From NCBI GenBank assembly GCA_040954595.2, contig CM082586.2, positions 2,175,124 through 2,239,123 of the forward strand: a stretch of DNA of 64,000 nucleotides, read 5' to 3'. Of the stretch, positions 54,427 to 64,000 are shown piece by piece. Position 1 is the first letter of the stretch, and each line of letters opens with the position of its first letter. The position numbers and the translations under genes were made by a program. The stretch is from Balanoglossus misakiensis. Taxonomy: Eukaryota > Animalia > Hemichordata. Under the pieces are notes generated by a model. It was not told the DNA's origin. It ran no database searches and was given only the letters and a program-made list of their open reading frames with translations.

Positions 54427-57400
54427 AGTCAAACACATGCCCAAAATTGTTCATTAAAGTAAAAAGCACAATGTAGTTCATACTCAAATCAATGCATCAT
54501 TATTTTCAAATCTCTAAAGCTGTAAGTATATGTGTTTGAAAGAAGAGGTTTAATGATTTCCTAATCCATTTTCTCGGCTTGCAAAGTATTTGAGGCGCCA
54601 TAAATAACTTGAGCAATTTTCACCAAAAGCTTGTCTGTGAAATATGGATGCGTTTTGTTATTAATATTGATCAAGACATGAAAGAATGTGATATTTTGAT
54701 GTTTATTGACATCAATATTAAATTTAGATCCGATTTATAATGAAGAATTACATCAGGCGGGTAGAATATGAAATAAATCTTTATTTTTTTACTATGTTGC
54801 AATTTGAGGCATGTTTAGTGCTTAATCACAAGATTACCATCCTTCAACTGCCAAAAATTAATATTCGAAAGAGTACGAATATGATGATTTGAATTACCGT
54901 GGATATCTGAAAATGAAATTGTGAAATTGAGTTTCAAAACGAGGACGATTCAACACACCATCTTCCAATGAAATAAATGAAATTCTTACATAACGACTTG
55001 TAAATTACTGTGGACCATTATTTTAAATTGCATATCCTATAATTTGCGAACAATTTTCTTAAACAATGTGTTTCGATTATTTGATAAGGAGTCCCTGTTG
55101 CAGTAATTTCAATACACACGTGGCTGCTATGTATATGTTGTCATGGGAATGAATTTCTTAGCTATATATTCTGTTTGTTGAACCCTGCCAATATACATTA
55201 AACATATGGTTCAGTGGGGAAAAACAGTTATTTTAATGAGTCTCAGTTCTGAAGATTCTGTGATTGTAGAATTAAACACAATAACATGTTCAAGTGCGTG
55301 CTGTTGTCAGTGGCAACACACTCCGTACAACAAGTCCAGCAGAGTCCGTAGAAAGTCGGTGTGCTCATCAGATGGTTGACAGCGGGAAGTTGTTACTGAT
55401 TCCATTTTATAGCATTTATAAGCAATTTTGCACATAATAAACAGAGAAACTTTGCAGTAAAATGCATGCATGCTGCCCTTGTGTGATACAGGCGGTATCT
55501 GTACCAAATCTGATTAAAATCAGATTTAGGGTTTATTGGCTTTCAGGGTGACATTCGTACATGTATAGCATTGTTGTTGTTGTTGTTGACAATAGAAGTG
55601 TGGCAAAATCCATATGTCATCCGGCATTGCATACACATTACATGCATGTACATTGTATACATGTATTTTAGCAAGCAGTTTTGTGTCAAAGTTCACCACC
55701 ATCTGCATCACGCGTGCACGGAGGTACCAGTGCAGGTCTTAGCAAGCTGTTTATTTTAGCAATATTTTCCTTTTTTAGAAAATAAAAATATCAGCACTAT
55801 ATCATCCACATATTGTGCCAAACAGAAAATTTATCTGTCAGAGAGATCCTTTCACATTGTATTCCCCAGAGAGGACGGTCAATTTTCCACAATGACGCAA
55901 AGGATCTCGTGTAAGATTAAAGCTCGATAATAACCAGATTTAGTGAATATTGTGGTGATAATTTTATAATCTACAGTTTATTAATATTCCCCAATCTCTT
56001 TAAAAATCGATGTGTAAAAACTGTGTTGATTTTGGGTCATCATCAAAAACAAGAAAATTATTACTTCAACAAAATATTATTTCTATGTCACAATTCACGT
56101 TGACACCAATTTTGAAAGGATTTTATCGTGACTTTTTTCACATAGATAGAAGCTTTAACAGAACACTTTTCCCATAATTCCTCATGTTGTGCATATAATT
56201 TATGTCTGTATTTTGATCATAGTTAAATCGTAAAATTGCACGATGCCACCTGTACCTATAATTCATTGCTTGGTGAATATGACATTTACAGTCTCCACAT
56301 ATTGGAAGCCTATTTGAAGAAGTACAATGCCCCCCCCCCCCCCTCCAAAAACTGGAAAGTACTGAAAACGTGAATGTCACAAACATGACTGAGGGATACA
56401 GACACAAACAGCCAATCGTACTGTAAACCAATTCGCAACGGGACCAATGTGTTATCATTGATGACTTCTAGTTCACTTCAAATGATTGTTATCAGCCTCA
56501 TTTCCAGATCAGATAAGATAAACACTTTTAAATGTTGCTTGGAATGCCATGAAGTGGTAATGCCTATTTCTCACAGGCACACTATATAAATGCAAATGTT
56601 ATTTACTGTTGAGTATTTATACAGGGTATGTATAAAGTCAATTTTACTCGAATCGCAATGCAGTACATGGGAAAAAATAGGGCTTGATTCTATGTAACTA
56701 GAACTGTCAATGCATAGGTATTATATGTGAGATCGTCAACTGGATTTACAGTACTTATGATTGTTAAGCTGTTATATGCAAATGTATGATCCCGATATGG
56801 CAACTGAATAAACCTCATTTCAAATGAGACGTACCTGCTCAATGATAATACATGTGCGAGAAGTACATGTGCTTCAAATTAAACATCGTCATAGCTATTT
56901 ACATATTCCAGTGTAGCACTTCTGCGGGAATCAAAAAGCAAATACAAAGAAATTATATCTGTGAGTGGTTGTTTCATTCCTGCACTGTTTTTCCCTTTTA
57001 AGATGTCCAGGAAATGGCTGCAATAGTCCAGTCAATACGCACAGAAACTGAACATTACGCACCATTGAAGTTTATGATGTGTGAAACATCCACTTGATAG
57101 CGCTCAGACAATATGTCAATTGTGTGTCCGCGTATGATCAACAGTACACGCTTTGCAGGAAAAGTACACTTTACATTTTTGAATAGAATTTAGGATCTGT
57201 GACTGAAAGCGCTACTTGCAAGTAGTCTTTTGATGACAGCTTCGCTTGAAAACTGCTGACGCTGTTTCATTGGTGCGTATTTCCTCTGTGCCATTTTGCG
57301 CTTTTAGGGGATCTTCCTGTGAAGGAAAAAGCTGAAATATTGCAAGCGTGAATGCATGCAGTCTGTTGGTTTGAAACAACTGAGTGTGTGGCTTGTGTCT

Positions 57401-57519
57401 GTAGAAAAACTTTATGGCAACACACCTTTGGGGAGATATAAGAAATGTTGAGCTTGGAGAGAGCTTGTGAGGGGGTCACATGCAGTGGGAATTCAACCCC
57501 CCCCCCCCTCATCAGGTGG

Positions 57520-57628
<109 letters not shown>

Positions 57629-58473
57629 AAGCTTTTAGTTTAAGGGCGTTATTCAAGAATAGGGCTTAGGGCCATATACACGTTCAAATAACAAAGTGCA
57701 TTTGTTGGCTTCTTTTTACTTTTGCTACTGTTCGCCTGCAGGCAGAGAGAAGCATAAATTAACAGATTACATCAATATACTGGAGTATTGATTGTATTTT
57801 GTAACAAAAGCACAGACTGAGCTATATAAATCATACACTGTACAAAAGCTGTTTTTCACAAACCACAGTCTAGCTGTAAATTCCTCCATTATCCGTTCAT
57901 CTCAGTAACATTTCCGGAGTGCCAAGCCTGTTGTTAGAGAAATTTTGCATGAGTTAACGTCTCACAAATGCAGTGACATATACAGCCAATAAATAATGTA
58001 TGAATGAGTGAGTGACTTTATATGCCTTGAAAATCATGGAGACAAATTTACAAAAAATCAAAACAGACATTGCATTTCATGAAGTGAAATTTTGACAGCT
58101 TTTCCTGTACATGTAGTATGTACTGCAGTGAGAAGCAAATACGTTGGTTTTTGGTTGTTGTTTTTTTGTCATGTTACTAGTCCCCAGCAGCAGCTGGAGT
58201 CCTAAGGGATAAAAAATTCACTTGAACAAACTCAGACCTAAGCCCGCGGATAAATTGTAGCATGAATGTCTTCATATCAATTAGACACCAATGAACTGAT
58301 CAATGTCTTTGATGTGGCTACAACAACACCTGGGGTATATGGCACTCTGACTGATAGTTGGCAAATCGGGATATCTGATTGCAATTAACACATTGAATGC
58401 AAGAGACCTTGCACCTGTGGTTGCTCAAATAGTTTCCAAGAGCACTTATTAGACATGACGTAGGTTCCACGTT

Positions 58474-58487
58474 GTTGCTATAGTAAC
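58474..58487. promoter_or_regulatory. RFX X-box motif GTTGCTATAGTAAC
   Basis: Fits the GTTRCY-AT-RGYAAC consensus fully. Confidence 0.5.
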
Positions 58488-61400
58488 GGAAAGTGGAAAA
58501 AGTTGCTTTTAATTTGCACGTTCTGTCACTGGTTGATTACGTTCATATGTGTATGAACTGTAGATCAGAGACACAAGACGGAACGTCTGCATACTGGTTG
58601 AATGACCAGCTGTAGTCGCAAAGTCGGGGGATCCTTCATGACTTCTCTTGTCAAAAGAATAAGAACAATTTCAAGAATCAGACATCCTTGCATACAGATT
58701 TTCCGAAGGAAATGAAGATCCTTTCAGTCTTTTGATTCTTTGCCGAGTCTACACTGGAACGATCATTTTGAAAACTGACAGATATGAAAGACATATAAGG
58801 TTGCCATGTCTGCCATGGTTTCACAAAACCAGACTTTTCATTTGGACCCTGTCAACCATTTTGAAGTCTTAATTGGCAAATGTCTGAAATGTGTTTCTTC
58901 AAATCCACATTTTATATCTTGAAGGTCAGATTTTCCTTGATGGTTTTGAAATGAGACTGAGTATATAAATGAGAAATTTTAACTGATATTTTGGATGCAT
59001 GCTGTTGCCATGGTAAAGTTGCCGTGGGTTTTCATACCGAATTGACAAAACGGTGAGAGACAGGTGAAGTTGACAACCAAGTTACAATTAAGCCGGCAAT
59101 TGAAGCAGCTGTCAAACTGAATACAAAATCATCCCGAGAGGGAAAGAACAGAACTCCGTCATTGAAAGAAATTCTCATCCATTATTAATGCAAATGGAAA
59201 TTGAACCAATTTTCCTCCCAATAGTCTGAGCACCATTCAGTGCTGTTGTGAGGTGGTGACTTCCACTGACATTTTCCTTAAGATAACTTGATGTCTTCAG
59301 AGAACTCACAAAAAGGAGAGTATTGACATTTAGTTGGATCATCGTACACATATTGATAAATTGAATCATTGGTGGAAGAAATTCGGTTTAAAAGATGGCC
59401 TACTTCTTTTCAGAAGTGAGAATTTCACAGCTGTTGGATCCATTTGACTCATTTAAGAACAGAAAATTGGAAGTATGCTTATCAGAAAATTTTGAAATCA
59501 TTGATAGTATGCATAAGTAATATGTTTTGTGTTATTTTTAATCTATTAATCTGCATGGGTGCATAAAACTTTCACTTTAGATTCTTTGTGACATGATGAC
59601 TTGTTCGTGCAGAAAGATATAATTTCTCTGAATAAATTGTTAAGTCTGTCAATGCATAAAAAAATTCGAGCTTATAGTGGGTGAGCATTGGAGTCAATAT
59701 CTTCTTTCGTGAAGATAATTAACAGTAATTATAAAAAGTATAAAACTTTATAATCTAATTACCTCTTTCTTACTTATGAACTTACTTACGTACTTACTTA
59801 TTGCTTACATAGCTAACTCCAGAATGACATTTATAACCCATCTTTTTAGATTGATTTTGAGTTCCAATCGGGCCCATACTCTTCAATTTAAGAAATCCCT
59901 TTATCTCCAAGATTCTTATAAACAAACATTGATTTTAATTGCCAGCAGATTGCTTCGTTATTGAAAAGCACCAGGATTTGGGCTAATCGCTGTTGTTCTG
60001 ACGTACTTGGTCTTTCAAATCCATGCATGAAGTTGTGTGCACAATCCTTGCAGATGTCACTCTAATCCATTTTCTCTGTGCAATCTCATCTCATCAGTGG
60101 CAATTCTACTGAATGTGTTCACTTCATCGAACCCATCAAATAAGAAGGTGATGCCATAATGTGCATGTTGTGCAGCCACTGGGTGGCCAATACAAAAGAT
60201 TCTGATGTGTGCATTGTAGCTCACAGATGCACAGAAGCACTGCAAGTGATGATTTCTCTCACGATGCTTTTGGTCTTCGTCCTAAATTGAAAATTCCAAT
60301 CCACAGAACAAAGTAATCATTTGGAGGCGTGATTTTTTTGAAAATCTCTGTGCTTCCCGAAGCACAAGGCCTCCAAAGAACACCAACTCAATTCAAAGAA
60401 AAAGTGCTTTGATGATTACATTTTTATGACATCTGTACAGAAAAGTGAACTTTGTAAAAGCTTTTAAATTCTTATAAATTTAGTTGACGTTTGCCAATCA
60501 AATCATTAAAAGGGTTAAGAATGTGTGTCTGAAGAGGTTAGAAATTAAGACCATGGCATCATTAATATTTCATGCATGTTCTCCTCTGTGAATGTAGCTT
60601 ATGCTTTAATATATTTTAATTGAGATACTTTTATTCTGTCTTCATGTATGATTTATGTGTTCTCAGATTATGAGCTATTGGGTGTTATAAAATGTTAGTT
60701 ATAGAATGATACAAAAAAGACATGCTGTTCAAAATTAAGACAAATTACTGGTAGATTCAGTGTTGCAAAAATAAAGTACGTCCTGCATTTGCATATAAGT
60801 CTGATTAATAAGATATACTTAATAGGATTAACTAGGAATTATAAGTAATACTATAATCCTGATTGGCATGATGGCAGCAACATCAGCAAGGTGAATTATG
60901 AAACAGATAACCACACTGCAGCAGTCATATATGAGTGATGAAACTAGAGAGTTATTTTATGCTTGATACATGTTATACATGTACACATATCTCTACTGAG
61001 TACATTAATTATCAGATTCACATTTGAAAATACAAAAGTGCATTGAAAGTGAATAATGTGCAATCAGAAATATCTCTGTGCCATTCGCGTATCTGTTTCA
61101 AGTAAAGTTATAGTATGCAATTTTGCTTTAGGCAATCCTTTGTATGCCGCCCCCCTGCCCATTGATTTATTAGTCGGCCCCAGGCAAATTGTTTTTCAGA
61201 ATTTAAGAATGGATTGCTGGCAGTTTCGGTAATTTTCTGTGTATGCGGAATTGGCAAGGATTCTGTTGTGCCCAGAAAGCAAAAGTTCGTTTTAGTAATA
61301 CTTAAGAATTTCCAGCTGTAATCTGTAATTAAGTATTGCAGTCGGAGTCAGTCATAAAAGGTCAACTGTAATTCTTGGTTTCGTGCTGGACTTCTATTTG

Positions 61401-61624
61401 GTGGATGTGTAGCGTAATTACACTACCCCTTCGAGGATCACGTAATATCTGACATAGCTGCAGGCTGAAGTGAACAAATCAAACCTTATGCCAGTTGTGT
61501 CTTCTTCTTATTTTGAAGTTAATCGAGTTGGATGTGGATCACTGATTCCTTGATGTTTTCCCAGTAAGTTTTTGTGATTCAAGCATAACCTTCCTCAAGG
61601 TATGTGTTACGAAAAATTTTGTTC

Positions 61625-61740
61625 AGTTTCATAGAATCATGATTTTCTATAGAATTCAATTGTGCCAAATAATTCTATAAACTTTCAAGAATTTCTGTAG
61701 GTTTTTAGAAATTCTATAAGCTATAGAACTCTGTAGTTTG
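61625..61740. repeat. Low-complexity tract built from TTCTATAGAA-like units
   Basis: Recurring ttctata/tatagaa/ttctgtag words: ttctatagaattc, attctataa, tttctgtag, attctataagctatagaactctgtag. Confidence 0.5.
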
Positions 61741-64000
61741 GGGTCTTGATCAGACTCAGACCAAAGTGTCAATCATCGAGATATCTGGAGTATTTTTCAA
61801 TAAACAAACATGTAATACATGTTAAAGTTTGATCGCACATAACACCAGTAATGAAGGTAATATCAAAGGTTTAACATGAGTAAATTCAATGAGGATCTCT
61901 TGCTCTTAGATGATTTGATTGATATGAAAGTTTTCTACAATTTCAAAATGTGTAGTAGAGGTTTTTTCAACAAAGCTACATGTTCATTGCAATGATTGAA
62001 GAGAACAAAAATCTATAGCATCTTCATTGAAATCTTAGTGCAATTCATAAATTCTAAGGACCAAGTCAATTATGGCCATAATCACAGTTCATCTTTGCCC
62101 ATGTACATATGTGTATAAGTAGGAAATTAGCCAAATTTCATAAAATACGACTACAAGCTGACTATTAGTGCTCCAATCACTTCAAATGAACATCTAGTTT
62201 TGATTAAATGGGAGATTTTTTCAAAATGGAATGGCCATTTTCGTGATTAACAATTTTCATGATCACAGGGGGAAAATGTTGATCGACTTGTCTATTTTGT
62301 GGGATTATTCAAAAATTATCTTGATGTGATTTTGCTGGAGATAATGTAATCTACTGGAGAATGAATTTGATAGCGTGCACTGAAACTCAATAAGTAATGT
62401 TGGTAGAGGAGCGCTTTCTTGTGGCATTTGGTTTTCGAGAATTGGGCGTTTTCACTCTCTGTTTGTATTTGGCCCTAGGGTTTTTCTCTTTTTTGTCTAG
62501 ATTATGTTTTATTCATCCAAATACGAGTGATATGGCAATTTTTGTCTCTTGATACAGTTTTTGACATAGAGGAAGGTGCAGTGGACAATTGTGTCTCTAG
62601 ATTATCCCTTACAGATATTAAGAGTCGTGAAACTTATCTACCTAAAACTGAAGTAGAAAACTATGTGGGCTGTGAGTACCATCACGAGATATGATAAAAA
62701 CATTAAAGGTAATACGTGCCTCGAAAATCAAAGTCTCAAACTTTTAATCATATTTTGGCAAACTTCTCTCATGTATTCTCTGTGTAGCATTGTTCAACTG
62801 GTGAACATGCTGTATAGTTACCTTCAACCTGATTTCTTCCACAAATTGGCCTCCTGTTTTGAAGCCAGCAGACCATATTTCAGTTTTCATGGCGAGTGCA
62901 TTCCCTTTGAAAGGTTGAAGCATTGATATTTGAAGCTGTTACACCCACATATGAATAAATGTCACAATGGATCCTCTGTCATGTGTGCAATCTTTTCAAG
63001 AAACAGAGAGGAAAAAATAAAAGATATGGCTATAATTATGGGAATCTTTTCAGCCTTTCTATTCATCAACCATCCTACGCTGTGATTGATATGAAGTTTT
63101 ACTAATAATGCGACTAATGGCTTTCACTTTTTAAAAGAAGGGAATGCCACTTTATCTGGCAGTTATGAAATGAGATCAGTTCATATGCAAATGACCAGCT
63201 ATTGACTGCAGCATGTCCTTTGGAAACAAAGGTTTTCTGACAGGGAACGACACGTCATTTGTGGTATTTTGTTCAAAGTCATTATCACAAACCACTCTGG
63301 AGGACAATATAAGTGGAAGAAATGCATTTTCATAAAAGAAACAACTGTGTCTGATGATTATTACGCGTTCAGTACCATCTGGGCAGGATGGTATAAACAC
63401 CACTTGGATACGGTCACTTTGCGTGATTGCATATGTGACTCGCAATTGAATATTTTTTCTCGTTTTGAAATGAGGACCGTGTTCACCTGTTGTTTGTTGC
63501 CGTTACATTTGCAACCTTGTCATAATTGTCATCCATTCTGTGACCTTGCAGATGTCTTTCAGAGAATATCTGCTGCACTTCCCCATATGCAATAAAGATG
63601 AAATTCAAACAACAACAAAAACTCATCAGGCACAGTGATTTAAACCTTCCATTTCATTGTTTAATTTAACTTAAGGAAACATAATTCCCTCATCCCATGC
63701 TCTCCTATTCTTTCTTTGTTGTGAAGATAATGTCAAAGAAGCAAAAACAAATTAGAGGCAGGAAAAATAGACCCAAATATCAAATCACCATAAAATACAA
63801 TATGGCAGATCATATATTAATGTTGTGATTGATGACTTTAATAGTGTGACCTGCTTTTCATCTCTGATACGGTGCTCTAAATATTTCATAGACTGTCCTC
63901 GGAATATTGGTTTTAATATGCACAGGGGGAACTGTACTGGACCGTACGACTAAACCACATAATTACTGATACACCCATCTTTTACGAGCCGGGTTATAAA

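Noticed and set aside
63269-63595. ORF containing AFSTI, resembling the 'VFSTI' of KCNQ exon 2
   Set aside because: The preceding residues (KETTVSDDYY) are polar rather than the hydrophobic S1 helix, and there is no suitable acceptor.

Overview
AT-rich eukaryotic (animal) genomic DNA. Repeat content and base composition suggest a marine invertebrate, possibly a non-vertebrate deuterostome, but this is inference. The only recognisable protein-coding sequence is the first coding exon of a KCNQ (Kv7) voltage-gated K+ channel gene of the KCNQ2-5 type (+ strand, ATG 9389 to donor 9780). It carries RMSLLGKPL and YNFLERP motifs and ends in a phase-2 intron at the conserved 'YHxxV' position. I could not find the next exon, so 9781-64000 appears to be part of one intron of more than 54 kb. 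The first ~11.6 kb is CpG-rich and the rest is CpG-depleted. The non-coding DNA contains microsatellites, an 85-bp TTAA/piggyBac-type MITE family (2 full and 2 partial copies), a double-hairpin Crypton-like element, a spacer-less palindrome and small tandem duplications. No new biological system can be established from sequence alone. The best leads are a dispersed series of RFX X-box motifs through the KCNQ intron, a candidate recursive splice site at 26535/26536, a candidate PP1-docking RVxF motif in the channel N-terminus, and the double-hairpin element. Apart from the KCNQ ORF, the supplied ORFs look like noise.
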